Assembly (NCBI RefSeq): GCF_001194135.2
Contig: NC_069001.1
Span: 12,047,329-12,084,469 of the forward strand
DNA length: 37,141 nucleotides
Direction: 5' to 3'
Origin: Octopus bimaculoides
Lineage: Eukaryota
Shown here: positions 9,736 to 23,565 of the stretch, in pieces
Layout: every line of letters starts with the position of its first letter
Numbering within the stretch: position 1 is the stretch's first letter
Made by a program: the position numbers and the translations under genes
The notes under the pieces: model-generated
Told to the model about the DNA's origin: nothing
Seen by the model: the letters and a program-made list of their open reading frames with translations, nothing else
Database searches by the model: none

Positions 9736-9956
9736 ATATCAAAAACCAATTGCCAACGCCATAGAAATTGTCAAGATGTCAGTGAAGACCGGTCTAATTC
9801 GATCTCAAAATGAAATGAACTGTAAAAAAAGATACCAACATTTCTATCATTTCACACTGTACTTACATTGTCGTTGATACATGCTCGATATGCGAGATTA
9901 TCACAGAAGGAAGGTGAGAGCGAGAATGTAAAACGGAGAGACAGACAGCTAAAGTC

Positions 9957-10014
<58 letters not shown>

Positions 10015-10537
10015 AGAGAGTGTGCGTGTCTGTGTGAATATTAATATGCATCCGCGATACAAGTACATATCCCACATAGAATATATAGAAATTTCAGATA
10101 ATTAAATGCTCTTAAATGGAAGCTTTCCCCGTTAGTAATTTCCCTAATATGATGTCGATACAACTTCATATACTCTTTGTCACTTTCTGGACCCCAATTC
10201 CGGTCACCGCAGGGTGTTCTGTATCAATTATTTCATATTTTCTGCTTTCATTTGTTTCTTTTCAATATCAGATCACCCACTGTTCACCTTTAGGATGTAC
10301 ATGGTGATTTCGTTGCTGTTCTCGTTGCTATTGGTGATAAGCTCTTTCATTAACCTGACTGAAACGATCCATGCAGAGATACGCTCTATAAAGATTAAGC
10401 CTCTCTTATATAGCAACTACATATTTGAGAATATATTTATATTAACTAGGTTTGTATGTCAAGAGTCTAAACTTTCATGCTAATGCGATCATCAATGCAG
10501 TGACACTCCAAGTACGAGACCAGGAATTCAACTTACA

Positions 10538-10738
10538 TTGTCTATCTATCTGTCCGTCCGTCCATCCGTCCGTCTGTATGTCTGTCTGTCTGTCTCTGTC
10601 TGTCCATCTATCTATCTATCCATGTATGTATGTATGTATGTATCTATCTATCTATCTATCCATCTATGTGTGTATGTATCTATCTATCCATCTATGTATG
10701 TATTTATCTGTCTGTCTGTCTGTCTGTCCATCTATCTG

Positions 10739-10769
<31 letters not shown>

Positions 10770-10790
10770 ATATATATATATATATCTTTC
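10538..10790. repeat. Compound (TCTA/TCTG/TATG/TA)n microsatellite
   Basis: Mixed tetranucleotide runs. Confidence 0.95.
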
Positions 10791-11392
10791 TATCTACCTC
10801 CATTGTGTGTGGTCGCGTGTATACACGGGGGAGTCCACAAATTAAATATAAAGGCAATCAACACATTTTATAAGCGTTGCTTGTATTATCATTTGATAAT
10901 CGAATTCCGTAAACTAAGGTCTAAAAGACACGAATTTCTAAGAGATGCTCGCGAAACTTTAAGTTGCAGGGAGCCGAATCAAATTGTTTTAAATAATAAT
11001 AATGATAGCAATATTAATAATAATAATAGTACTGATGATGATGAGGAAGAGGAGGATAATAATAATAATATAGGTATAGAGAAGAGTTCTTTATTTGTAA
11101 ACGATTGACACAATCCATCACTAAGGTAAACATAGCTGACGTAATCCATCACCAAGGTAAACTTAATGACGAAAAACGCGATTCGAAAGTAACAGATATT
11201 TATTTGTAGTTGAACTATATTTCGGCATCTCTTGTTCCTTCCACAGGTTCAAACTGAACATGTCAGTCTAATTCTCCTAATTCTTCTTTTTTGAAAGCAC
11301 ATGTTCTCAGAAAATATTCTGAATTTGCTACATGTTCAGTACTCAAAATGCATATATGGATGTGGCTCTATGCCTGTATGCAGGTGTGTATG

Positions 11393-11424
<32 letters not shown>

Positions 11425-12529
11425 GTAATGGTTGTGTTTACAGGTAAAGCATGATAAAGTTCTTCTCTTATTCGGTGAGCGAAATATATTACATTTACAT
11501 ATATATATCCTCTTAATCATTAGAGAAAATCTGTTTATCGTGCGCTCTGTGTTTTTATTGTGCATACGAATCTATCTCATACAACGTCTATTTTTCTCAT
11601 TGTCAACCTTTCTGCAGCTTTACTGCCCCACTATTGTGCCTATGTTTAGCACTGATTTGACATTACGTGCTAAACATGTTTGGCTTGTTCTTGAAATCCT
11701 GAACAGGTTGAAGATTTGCAAATGACGAAATCATTTGTACCACTAACAGTCAACCAACTAAACGGAATCTATTTAAAATCCCAGACGATGAGTAAGATCT
11801 CGGTAAAATTTATCCGCAAAGACACCAGCGAACCGATCTGCTATATCACTTCGTGTTAGATGCACGCGTGTCTATATTGTAATTTCCTTATTTGCCATTT
11901 GTAATCTATTCATTTCGAGAATATTTCCGTCTTCCATTATTTAAATTCGTATCCTTTTATCCTGAATTATCTGCTAATCTTTAGTAACAATTCGAAGTTA
12001 TCCATAACGTTATGAAGAGGGTTGGTGTCTGTCTTCATATGTGATTTATTTTATACAGGATGAATTTAATAGCATATCCGAGCCTAAGAAATCTTAATAA
12101 CACTGTTAAAAGTAATATGTATATCATAAAAAATTCGAATACCTCAAGCTATCACTAGATCGTATATTTCTCTATCAAGCGCAATAGGTTCAGCGTACAC
12201 GTCAGCGAGACTTAATTTAGTTTCTCTTATACAATCTAATCAGATTTCTTATATTCTTCCCTACCACTATCAACTCTGAAGGCGTTCCATTACTCCAGAA
12301 TGAGGAATCGTGTCACAGGCCTTTTTGTAATCGATGTATGCCATTGCAAGATTCCTGTGTCGATTCCAGCATTCCTGGAAAATTAATTTATCTACCAAGT
12401 AATTGGTTCACAGAAATCCTACACACTCGCTGACCACCTACTTTCTTCTGGTTTCCTTTCTGCTCTACTATCAATATGCGTTGGCTATCAATCCATTTAC
12501 CAATCTATATAGGCATCTATCTATCTGTT

Positions 12530-12577
<48 letters not shown>

Positions 12578-12623
12578 GTACACAATAAATATATATATAT
12601 ATATATATATAAACACTTACATG

Positions 12624-12672
<49 letters not shown>

Positions 12673-13689
12673 ATACATAGAGAAAGAAAGAATGAAAGAA
12701 AGGAAGATATATATAAACCCATGTATATATATATATAATATATATGCATATGCTTACGCAAGTATATATGTGTGTGTGTCTCTGTGTGTGTATCATTTTA
12801 CACACACACGCAAACCCAGATTCACAGATATACATATACACCTATATGAACGTGTGTGTGCGCATAGATGCATTCTGTTGCCTACAAAATGCGTCTCAAT
12901 ATGAAGCACCATATTAACTTATTAAAAGGACACGCGAATCGTGTCTACAAATTGTCATCTGTATTACTTCATTGAAGAACTATACACTCAAGCAGACTAA
13001 CACACCGTACTTTTACATACTCCATCCCACCTTCCATTCTGTGGAACGTCTTTTGTTCCTTAGGGTATAATTCAATTCCTCATTTATTCCTTATATGCAA
13101 AGAAGCCATTAGATTTTTAAGCAATAATTTTACGATAGATAACGTTCTGCTGTGATAGATTACTGCGGTTAACCTTTATCAACTGTATACTATTATCATA
13201 TAGACGTTTCGGTTCCAATTGCTAGCGATTTTCTGTATTTCTAAGACAGTTTGATATTTACTTGATATTATTATCACTGTTAGTCATTGTTGCTCTTCTT
13301 CTTCTTCTTCTTACTACTACTATGATGCCCGTTATCAATATTATTACAAAGCTGGTCGTTGTAGAATGTTGCCGTGTGAAGAGGTATTTTCTCTTATGTT
13401 CCAGGTCCGACTGAAGACATTACATACATACGCTCATATATAGAAACATAAATGCATATATATGTATGTGTATATATATATGTATAAACACATAAGTACA
13501 TGAAAATGCAGACACACGGGCACGAATGCATGCGCATTCGCACTCACAAACACATACATGTAAAGGGGAACATATGACACCTTTATATATTTTTGGCACA
13601 AAAGCTCATAATCATAGGTGAAAGGTCCATAAAGTCAATGTAGATCCTGCTATGAGACTCCAAAACTAGCGGTATTCCACACGGTATTT

Positions 13690-13815
13690 CTCCTGTATCA
13701 AATTCTATTCACAAACAATCGGGGTTCATTTTGAAGATCTTAACGCAGAATGATTCGCACTGAGGCCGAACATGGAACCATATGTTTGCAAAGCGGGCCT
13801 CTTTACTACAGCGAC
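13690..13815 (-). mobile_element. Highly degraded family A SINE 5' half
   Basis: gaagatcttaacgcagaatgattcgcactgaggccgaacatggaaccatatgtttgcaaagc parallels gaagacacttgcgcaaggtgccacacagtggtactgaacccggaaccatgtggttggtaagc at about 257-320. Confidence 0.45.
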
Positions 13816-14175
13816 ATGTTTGCACCATTGTCCAGCTTCCTAATCTAGTGCTAGATATTTAATTATTCAAGTCTTTACATGAACTTATATACTCATAGCT
13901 TCAGTTTGGTTTAGATTTGTTATTCATATTTTTAATCACCTCCGATCCCAACACACAGCTGTCTGCTCTCTCATCACCTGTTCTTGTTTTTACTGTTGTT
14001 TTTCTTTTTGTTGTTGCTTTCTCTTTTTCTTTAAGTTCTTGGTTTGCTTGCTGACACAAAACAGTTTAGCGAGTTGTGTCCATGCTTTATAGTTATTTTA
14101 TAACCAGATATTTTTTTATATATTACTTCAATAAATATTTTTTAATAATTTCCTGGCAACAAAAAGCACATAATC

Positions 14176-14500
14176 TCTTCTTTTCATGTTAAATATAATC
14201 TTCCCATTTCAGCTTTTGTGTAATATATTCTCGATCCAGTGATCACTTTTACAGGTTTGTCGTGTAGTCTTTCCAATTCATTTCGTTTCCAGGGAAAAAA
14301 ATATTGTAGTTATAAGTTACTTTATTGTTACATTTTTATTTAGGTAGGGGCCGCTTAGCTGTCTTTTAAGTATTAACTTCATGTGTTTAGAATATTCCAT
14401 CTTAATACTTTTTATCCATGTCTTTGTAAACAGTCTATTCATTCATACCTAAGAATTTGTACGTCTGTGTTTGGTTAGTCTTATCTCGATGTCTTTGTAT
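14176..14500 (-). pseudogene. Reverse-transcriptase remnant, R4/Dong-like non-LTR retrotransposon
   Basis: Minus frames give QTYKFLGMNE*TVYKDMDKSIKMEYSKHMKLILKRQLSG and, after a frameshift, WKRNELERLHDKPVKVITGSRIYYTKAEMGRLYLT*KEE. These follow the YKYLG...KEY.RR.K.ILKS.L...W...EL..LD.K.RK.......HPKAD..RLY.PR..G pattern. Confidence 0.65.
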
Positions 14501-15044
14501 CTTTATTGAACACGATATGAATGTCGTTTCTATTAAATAAATGTAATGTTTTCTTCGCAATTAATATGGCGACAGCATTGATTACAAGATTTTGCTTGGT
14601 GATAAAGATGTTCGAATATATTTTATTAAATGTACGAAGGCTAAATTTGTGATTTAAAAAAAAAAGAACAGATTAGTGATATTCTTTCGCTTATTTATTC
14701 ATTTATTCATGTAATTTTGTATTATGTTTAATAATCTTGAACATTTCAATTTGGATCAATTTTTCGTTTGCCCAAAATATGATCTTATAACGATTTAAAG
14801 TTTTAATTATTACCACTCCGCGGTTATTATCAAGATGAGTATCAACGTCCTCAGACTTTTCAATTCAAAAATATCATTCATGTTAATATAAATTCAATCT
14901 TTCGTATTTATATTTTATATTCGACGCTCATTGTTATCTCCCGTTTATTAATATGTATGGGCAAAATATGCAGCGTAAAATGCGTTGATTATCGTAATCA
15001 ATCGATACCAGTATGTGCACATACATACGGAGGAATATACGAAC

Positions 15045-15093
<49 letters not shown>

Positions 15094-15254
15094 TACACTT
15101 AATTATATGTATTTATTTTCTCCTAGTTAAGAATAATTCGGATAAAATAAATGGGTTAATGGAGACCAGGGTAGCAAAGATCATAAAATAACTGTAGCGT
15201 AACTCCTGTTTGTGAGGCAGAAACTCTTTGATATTTTGGGTATTTGTCTATATA

Positions 15255-15363
15255 NNNNNNNNNNNNNNNNNNNNNNNNNNNNNNNNNNNNNNNNNNNNNN
15301 NNNNNNNNNNNNNNNNNNNNNNNNNNNNNNNNNNNNNNNNNNNNNNNNNNNNNNNNNNNNNNN
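15255..15363. other. Assembly gap (109 N)
   Basis: N run flanked by TA repeats. Confidence 0.99.
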
Positions 15364-15396
<33 letters not shown>

Positions 15397-15407
15397 CGCA
15401 TACATAT

Positions 15408-15663
15408 CCTATTCTTTTATTTGTCTCAGTTATTTGACTGCGACCATGCTGGAGCACTGCCTTCAGTCGAACAAATCGAGCCCATGGCTTATTCTTTGTA
15501 AGCCTAGTACTTATTCTATCGGCCCCTTTTGCCGAACCGCTAAGTTATGGGGACGTAAACACACCAACATCGGTTGTCAAGCGATATTGGAGGGGCAAAC
15601 ACAGACATGCAAATAAATGCACATATATACATACATATAGACGACTGGCTTTTCTGTTTTTCC
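15408..15663 (-). mobile_element. Family A SINE, 3' half plus start of 5' half
   Basis: Reverse complement matches about 33975-34205 (aaccgatgttggtgtgtttacgtcccc...ataagtactaggcttacaaagaataagc...ctccagcatggtcgcagtcaaataactgagacaaat). Confidence 0.9.
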
Positions 15664-15888
15664 TTTCTCCTTATTTAATTGTGCGAATCTGAATGTGTGT
15701 CGGTGTATGTATATGTATGTATATATTTTATATGCCCATGTGTGGTCGTGTGCATATATGGTTATGTATATATGTATATGAATATAAGACTGTCCGGTAC
15801 ATATGTGCGACTTTCATGTACACACATCTACTTCATTTATACTGATAAACATGTTTGTACATTACAGGTGTAGGTGTGTGGTAGGAGA

Positions 15889-15923
<35 letters not shown>

Positions 15924-17262
15924 CATACATACATACATGTGTGTACATATGTGGACATATGTGTAAGTATGCGTACGAACACACACTTATATATTTTTGT
16001 TTATATGTGCATGTACGTATATATGTGTGTGTGAGTGTGTACGTATGTAGACTTTGAATATGGTTGCGCGTGTTTTTCATCTTTCTTTTTTCTGTTTCTA
16101 CCTATTAGAGTAACTTCCCTTTTATTCAACAATTTTTCCATCAATAGCCGATGAGAATGTATCGTAGCTCTTTCCTCCAACATTCGAAACTCCGAGTATT
16201 ATAATGAAAACGTTTTACTGTCTGTTCTAAATTATAACATATATAAATAATCCGCTATTTATCTAATATCGAGGTCTCATTCTTTTGCCTTTACTTATTA
16301 TTATTACCATCATCATGATTATTATATATATATACATATATATATATGTTTGTGTATACGTGTACTGCAATGTATATATATATATATGCGCCTGTATATG
16401 TATGTGTATATATATAGAGAGAGAGGGAGAGGGAGGGAGAGAGAGTGAATAGACAAAAATAATTAGATAAAAAGCACAAATAGTTCCATACAGCTTATAC
16501 ATATCCTTCATGTATATTGCTAATAGTGAAATTTCTTCAGATATACAAACAAAATTCTTTCATACTCATACTTTTACGTTCTTAGAATCTATAAGACCTA
16601 CACTCTTCTTTGATTTTTCCAAATTGATATTCCTTGGTGGATTGTTTCCAAGAATTACAACAGATCAGCATCTCGCACCAGCTGTGAGGTGGTTCCTGTG
16701 CAATAAAGTAACTGCACGCAGAGAAAATTGAAGTTCAAGGTTAGAACAATTTTCTGAATTTCCTTTACTAACGAACTCATGAATTTTAGGCGTTTATTCA
16801 CTGTGGCTACATAGTTGTGTAGCTATATCCGCCTATCACAAATATTCGTACAGGAGGAACATAAAGAAAAATATTTATTTTAGATGTTTGCTTGCGCGTT
16901 TGTGCTTGCGTGCGCGCTTGTGCGTTTGCCTGTGTGTTTGTGTTTGCACAATTACATATATATATATGTTGTAGGCATATTACACACGCATGCCCCCCCC
17001 CACAAACTCATACATATATATATATATACGTATACCCATACTCACTCATAAACATATATATAATAGATAAGATTTGCGGTATGGATATACATTTCTGCAT
17101 ACTTATTTATAACAACTTACGTTATACATACATATATTTCACACACACGAACATACACACACACACACAATACAGACACACGCATACATATATATTCTTA
17201 CGCTTCCAATATCGTAGTACGGTTAATAATATCGACGATAGACAAAGAATACACTGCAACAA

Positions 17263-18361
17263 TGTTATGACAACACAAAATAGAAACAGCGGCAGTAACA
17301 AACACGCAAAGAAACAACAATCAATGTTTCCAACAAACTAAATGGAACTGTAAACTGTGCCTGGATTTCGAACATCAAGTTACGAACTACCAACTACGTC
17401 AGACCGCTACTATTCATATGTAATGGTCCCGTATATTCTCGTCATGGGGTGTCGTACTCTCGTTATAACATCTCCTCTGTCGAGATTTCGACTTCCAAAG
17501 AAATAAAGAAATTTTATTTATTAAATTCAAACAAACCAAGTTTGCTCTTAGAAGCGTTCAGATGTCTTAGAAAGTTAAAGAAGTGATTTTAAATTCTCAA
17601 ACGCAGGATAATGCTAATAATATAGCCTGAACAGGATAAATTACCTCTATTTTTACAGAAAAAAATGTAGGTGGTTAGCTGTGTTATTTATTATTATCGT
17701 TATTTAGTATCCTTTTCGCTTGGACCTTATTTCGAGGTTTGGTCTGCTTCCGTTTTCTCATGCAGGTTCTACATTGCTCCATTACTTTCAGTGCTTGGAC
17801 ATCGAATACATTAAAAATACTTCCATAGGAATTTCTCGCCGGTATGTCTCTTCTTTAGCTGATTTGCGTGCCTTCTTTGTTCCCAGCGTGGTGCTTTAAT
17901 TTGAAACACCATACTAACTATTTCTTTGGTTACAAGGCCATCCTACCAGCCTTCTTTATTATTTCTGTAGTCTTTAAAATGCACTTTATCTCCTACTTCG
18001 TAATATTTCGTTGCATCTTTCGTATTTCCTTCAGATATATTTTCTCTAGCAAGAAATTATCAAAAATCGATTTTATTTTTCTCTAGAACATCAACTCTGC
18101 GTGTGACCTTCCTGAATTTGTAATTGGATTGGGAGTTACTCCATATACCCTTAAGAATTTTTTTAGTACTTCGTCGTTAATTAATTCGTTTCTAGCTTTT
18201 CTTAACCAGCGATTAATATTTCCTACAATCTAACACGAACTGTAAACTGAAACTGAGATTCAAAGATCAAACTACTACAAGTCGACTACGTCAGACTGAT
18301 GAATATTTATGTAGTGGTCTCGTCTACTCTCGCCAGTGAGTGTCGGATTCTCACCACAACA
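17263..18361 (-). mobile_element. Deleted Mag/K02A2.6-type LTR retrotransposon: truncated 5' LTR, integrase C-terminus, PPT, 3' LTR
   Basis: Diverged direct repeats at about 18205-18361 and 17310-17470. Complete 3' LTR 17263-17470 (TGTTATAAC...GTCATAACA). PPT-like gacagaggaga at 17481-17471 directly before it. Confidence 0.8.
17790..18200 (-). pseudogene. Integrase C-terminal remnant (K02A2.6-like)
   Basis: KKFLRVYGVTPNPITNSGRSHAELMF*RKIKSIFDNFL, then YEVGDKVHFKDYRNNKEGW*DGLVTKEIVSMVFQIKAPRWEQRRHANQLKKRH. This matches FL..YR.TP......SPAELMF.RK.+S.FD and GD.V......W..G.+......Y......RH.NQL+.R. Confidence 0.8.
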
Positions 18362-18438
18362 TATCATATATATATATATTATATGTCTTTGTGTGTATAC
18401 ATATGCATACATACATATACAGACCACACATACATACA

Positions 18439-18503
<65 letters not shown>

Positions 18504-18520
18504 TTCTCTCTTTCTCTCTT

Positions 18521-18576
<56 letters not shown>
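18439..18576. repeat. (TC)n/(TTTC) microsatellite
   Basis: Polypyrimidine dinucleotide run. Confidence 0.97.
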
Positions 18577-18577
<1 letters not shown>

Positions 18578-18670
18578 TTATATATATATACGTAGGTTAG
18601 TCTGCATGTTTATAAATTTCTGTTAGAAATTATCCTTGAAGGTATACACAATTCACTGGCTTCCCATATG

Positions 18671-19390
18671 NNNNNNNNNNNNNNNNNNNNNNNNNNNNNN
18701 NNNNNNNNNNNNNNNNNNNNNNNNNNNNNNNNNNNNNNNNNNNNNNNNNNNNNNNNNNNNNNNNNNNNNNNNNNNNNNNNNNNNNNNNNNNNNNNNNNNN
18801 NNNNNNNNNNNNNNNNNNNNNNNNNNNNNNNNNNNNNNNNNNNNNNNNNNNNNNNNNNNNNNNNNNNNNNNNNNNNNNNNNNNNNNNNNNNNNNNNNNNN
18901 NNNNNNNNNNNNNNNNNNNNNNNNNNNNNNNNNNNNNNNNNNNNNNNNNNNNNNNNNNNNNNNNNNNNNNNNNNNNNNNNNNNNNNNNNNNNNNNNNNNN
19001 NNNNNNNNNNNNNNNNNNNNNNNNNNNNNNNNNNNNNNNNNNNNNNNNNNNNNNNNNNNNNNNNNNNNNNNNNNNNNNNNNNNNNNNNNNNNNNNNNNNN
19101 NNNNNNNNNNNNNNNNNNNNNNNNNNNNNNNNNNNNNNNNNNNNNNNNNNNNNNNNNNNNNNNNNNNNNNNNNNNNNNNNNNNNNNNNNNNNNNNNNNNN
19201 NNNNNNNNNNNNNNNNNNNNNNNNNNNNNNNNNNNNNNNNNNNNNNNNNNNNNNNNNNNNNNNNNNNNNNNNNNNNNNNNNNNNNNNNNNNNNNNNNNNN
19301 NNNNNNNNNNNNNNNNNNNNNNNNNNNNNNNNNNNNNNNNNNNNNNNNNNNNNNNNNNNNNNNNNNNNNNNNNNNNNNNNNNNNNNNNNN
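18671..19390. other. Assembly gap (720 N)
   Basis: N run. Confidence 0.99.
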
Positions 19391-19686
19391 TACAATTCAT
19401 ACACAGATATATCTATTTACGATGGTACATTATTTTATATATATTAATTCAAAACTAATATATTTTAAATTTGACTATTAGAATGTAGGGGAGGTAAATA
19501 TTTTTTCCGTTTATATAAACAAAACGAAAAGCAAAATCAATTCGATAGGGTCAACGAAAAAAATACTTTAAATATATATGCATACATCAACGTAATACAA
19601 TACAAGCGAAATGTCCCGCATCCTAACAACGAGCCAATACAACAACAAATTAAATAAGATATACACCCCATCAATTGATCCGACGC

Positions 19687-19734
<48 letters not shown>

Positions 19735-19855
19735 TATATACACACTCAGTCGCATACAAATAGTTGCATATATATATATATATGCATATTTAATGCACAC
19801 ATATACGCACATTTGTACATAAATACATCAATGCACATATATATATATACACCAA

Positions 19856-19858
<3 letters not shown>

Positions 19859-19922
<64 letters not shown>
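19859..19922. repeat. (TA)n microsatellite
   Basis: TA run. Confidence 0.97.
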
Positions 19923-19926
<4 letters not shown>

Positions 19927-20187
19927 ACATATGTATATACATATATCAATACATATAAACAAAACTAAATCGAAGCCAACTCTATATACACAGAAAAATA
20001 AAATCTATAGGCACTGAAAATCAAAGTAATATCACTATAACCGAAATGCCCCAAGTACGAATACCGTGCCCAAGAGTGTATTATACCTAGTAAATACTCT
20101 ATATCTATTTTATATATACATATTATAGGCTACTATGTGGGTGCATATATATATATATATATATATGTATGTGTATATATATATATA

Positions 20188-20428
20188 GAATGCGAAAATG
20201 GGACAAGAATGCAAAACATCCACACAGTTATGTGATGCAAAAAAGGAACAACAAAACATCCAGACGGATGATACAAAGAAAACAAGGACGGGTCATTCGA
20301 AGTTTTCTATCCTAAGTCGAGTTCCAGATTAACTTTGCAATTTGGGCTGGTTATACTCGAGATTGCTCCAATCTGGCCAGCCCCAAGGAAAAACTAAGCT
20401 AAGAGCATTACATTCCTTGGAAGAAAGC
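20188..20428. repeat. Unclassified interspersed repeat (recalled from Octopus genomes)
   Basis: Starts abruptly after (TA)n with gaatgcgaaaatgggacaag. Has an internal caaaacatcc duplication and a nested hairpin at 20344-20383. Family status is from recall only. Confidence 0.4.
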
Positions 20429-21073
20429 AGCGAATGTATACGAAAACAAGAACGGAATAAAAAAAAAAACAGTAAGACCTTTTTTCACGATACTGCAGTT
20501 CACTTTGCTGGCGTTAGTAAGCTGCAATTGTAATTGAAGAGGCCAGACATTCCACAATCTGTGTCCCGCTGAATTTCCCTGAGAATTAGTCTAATTGTAG
20601 GTCTGCTTATGGAGTAACCATCCACTTTCTACGCCCGCGTGTTTTATTCCGTTGAAGTGTATTGAACATCATTGAAAAGGAAAATTAGGACCATCAATGC
20701 CGCGTGCTTTGCAGATAATTGGAAGACCACGTACGCTAACATTTCATTCATACAAGCAATATAAAAAAAAAACGTTGTGAGAAGTTGGATGGCGAAAGTC
20801 ACGCACGAAAACATTTTATTTCAAGTTTGGAAAATTTGAGGCATGCCTTTCATAATGACCCCTTGTAACACTTGGCCCAGCCCGTATAATAATAAAACCT
20901 CATTTAAGAACCGGCAACGCTTTCCAGTGACAACTAATTAGTGTTGGCATCCAACAATATTTAGCAGAGATTATTTTCCACGGTTCATATTTTCATATTT
21001 TATTCTTGTTTGATTTTTAGCTTTTGGTTCTGAAAACAGCGTGTATATATGCCTGGCAGTAGACTTCCAGGTG

Positions 21074-21116
<43 letters not shown>

Positions 21117-21559
21117 ACCTGTGTGCGCGCGCGCGTATTTGCCTCCCCTTAATGTAGTAGTTCCACAAAAGCGACCGATAACTAGAATAGCAGTCTTAAA
21201 GGATAAAGGAATAAAAGATTAGCGTTAGATACTTTTGGCTAAGAATTCTTTAGCATGACTGAAAGAAGAAAAGAATATATATATATATGTGTGTGTATGT
21301 GTGTGTCTGTGTGTTTGTATGTCTGTGTGTATACATATATATGTATAGACATATATAAATGCACACACCCATACACACATGTATATTTGAAATTCTAAAA
21401 AAAATACTTAATACAGTTTATAAGTATAAAGAGGATTTTTTAAAAAATTATCTTTTAAATGAGTTATCATAGCTTTTATCAAGATGTTACTATCTTTACT
21501 GAAACAAATCTTTTTCGTAGTGAGCGATATATATGGAGAGAGAGAGAGAGAGAGAGTGT

Positions 21560-21610
<51 letters not shown>
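21560..21610. repeat. (GATA)n microsatellite
   Basis: GATA run after (GA)n. Confidence 0.97.
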
Positions 21611-21611
<1 letters not shown>

Positions 21612-22017
21612 TGCGTTGATGTATGTAGTGATGTGGTGTGTACATTTGTGCATTTCTTTTTCCTTCGGAGTAAATCTTCTATGACATATACGTACGTTTC
21701 GTCTGTATGGTAATCAACACATACAACAACGTGAAACATACGCACACAGAGATAGACATACACACTGTTTCACACACACACACACACACACACATTAATG
21801 TACCTATATAAATATACATAGAATCATCCATTCATGCATAATAACAGGCAGTCATACATAAATATTTCTTTGTTCTTAAATATATAGAGACCGACAGCCC
21901 TAAAGCTCATGACTGTTCTAGGTAAATACATCGAACGAAAGATAATGGGGGAGAAGCAGGCATTACCGTAAGGTATAATAAAAATAACGAATGCACAACA
22001 CACTGCCGTCAGATCTC

Positions 22018-22048
<31 letters not shown>

Positions 22049-23450
22049 TATATGTATGGCTCTGTCTTTTTTCTGGTCTTTTCCTTCTCCATCCCACCGA
22101 CTTTATCTCTCTCGTATCTGTAACTATAACACTAGCTGTCATTTTGCATTTTTTGCAAATCTAGATTATTTTTTCCCTTTCTTCACATAATAGTAAACGT
22201 ACAATTACCTCTCGTATCTCTACCTAGACGTAACACTAACATACAGGCAAAACACACAAACACACCTGCATGAAGGTACAAGCATACATACGTACGTACG
22301 TACGTACGTACGTACATACATACATAAAAGTACATAAATATATGGATAAATAGATTTGTACGTTCATCATTCATATTCTTATAATTATATACACGTAACT
22401 GAATGTATGTAAGAATATATATATATATGTGTGTGTGGTGTATGTGTGTGTGTGTAAGACATGTAATATATTTATGTAGGTGTGTATTTAGATATAAACA
22501 TACGTGCATATATCTGCAGCCATATATGCATCCATATTTACACGAGGTGAATTGCTTCTCTTTTAGACATATACCTGTTGTAGCAACTATTACGTAAACA
22601 TACACACATATAGATTCGGTACCTGCACAAAAATGCATGTATTATATATCTTTGCATACACATACATAATTATATGACAATATGCCTGCACACACACGTA
22701 AAAAAATGCTCGAGAAAACTAGAAAAAATGATGCTCGATAGGCCAAACAAGGAAAAATAGTTGAGGGCTGGTTTTGCTGACATAGAAGTAGCTTCGTGAT
22801 AATAGATATCTTAAACAAGATTAGTAATGGATTTGTTTACATCAAAGTAAAAGCTGAGCAGCAGTGTTTGATCTGACTAAATTCAGCTTGAAATCTCGCT
22901 AGATATTGAATTATCCATTAAATAACACAACTTTGTAATATGAATTTGCTGTTTATGCTACTGAATAGGGTAATTACATGCGCTAATACTATTTCTCTGC
23001 TTAATTTCGATGATAGCGTGTTTGATATATAAAAACAACTTGCTCTGAAGCGGCAGCGTAGTGGCAAATACCTTGCTCGCTAGATTGTCGTACACGTGAA
23101 TTTGACGTATGACTCTCGTACAAGCATCTAAAATTTAAGATGAATGGCCTTATCATTTATATCCTATCTAAAACAGATCTATGCTAGATAACATGTCACT
23201 TCGGATGACAGGTTTACGAATCATATCACTGTTCTCAAGATCCAATCGAGTATATCTGTTGAGGAAATATGTTTAGTTTATGTTCAATAGAAAGGCCTGT
23301 GTTTCAAAATACATTCCCTCGTTATTAGAAAATTCTGTTTCGAATACTGTTTGAGTGTTTTATCCTTCGAAACCTGTAATATCTATATAACGATTGTTTT
23401 TATTGTTAATCTCCTCCTCTTACTCTTTTCTTACCTTCCTCGTCCTCCCT

Positions 23451-23565
23451 CTTCTTCTTCTTCTTCTTCTTCTTCTTATTCTTATTCTTATTCTTCTTCT
23501 TCTTATTATTATTATTATTGTTATTATCATTATTGTTTTCGTCATCATTATTATCATCATATAAT
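23451..23565. repeat. Compound (CTT)n/(ATT)n/(ATC)n trinucleotide tract
   Basis: Progressive trinucleotide runs. Confidence 0.9.

Noticed and set aside
10452-11108. 218-aa ORF and similar YIYI/THTH/SLSL ORFs across the window
   Set aside because: Translations of simple repeats with no domain motifs.
11107-11170. 31-bp-period duplication aatccatcac(t/c)aaggtaaac
   Set aside because: Simple local tandem duplication with no further structure.
18296-18302. CTGATGA core (also on the minus strand near 3206-3212)
   Set aside because: No stem II or GAAA box follows; chance 7-mers.
18610-19481. Long ORFs of 250-526 aa in the track (also 28069-28928, 31362-32967, 15156-15616)
   Set aside because: They are open only because they cross N-gaps or microsatellites; no real codon content.
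20344-20383. Second hammerhead (gggctgg...ccagccc stem with inner hairpin, followed by aaa on the minus strand)
   Set aside because: No CUGANGA box upstream, and GAAA is not intact.
22740-23300. Possible enhancer or promoter (TGTTTAC, TATA-like sites) in repeat-poor DNA
   Set aside because: Short motifs are expected by chance in AT-rich sequence; no transcript or conservation evidence is available.
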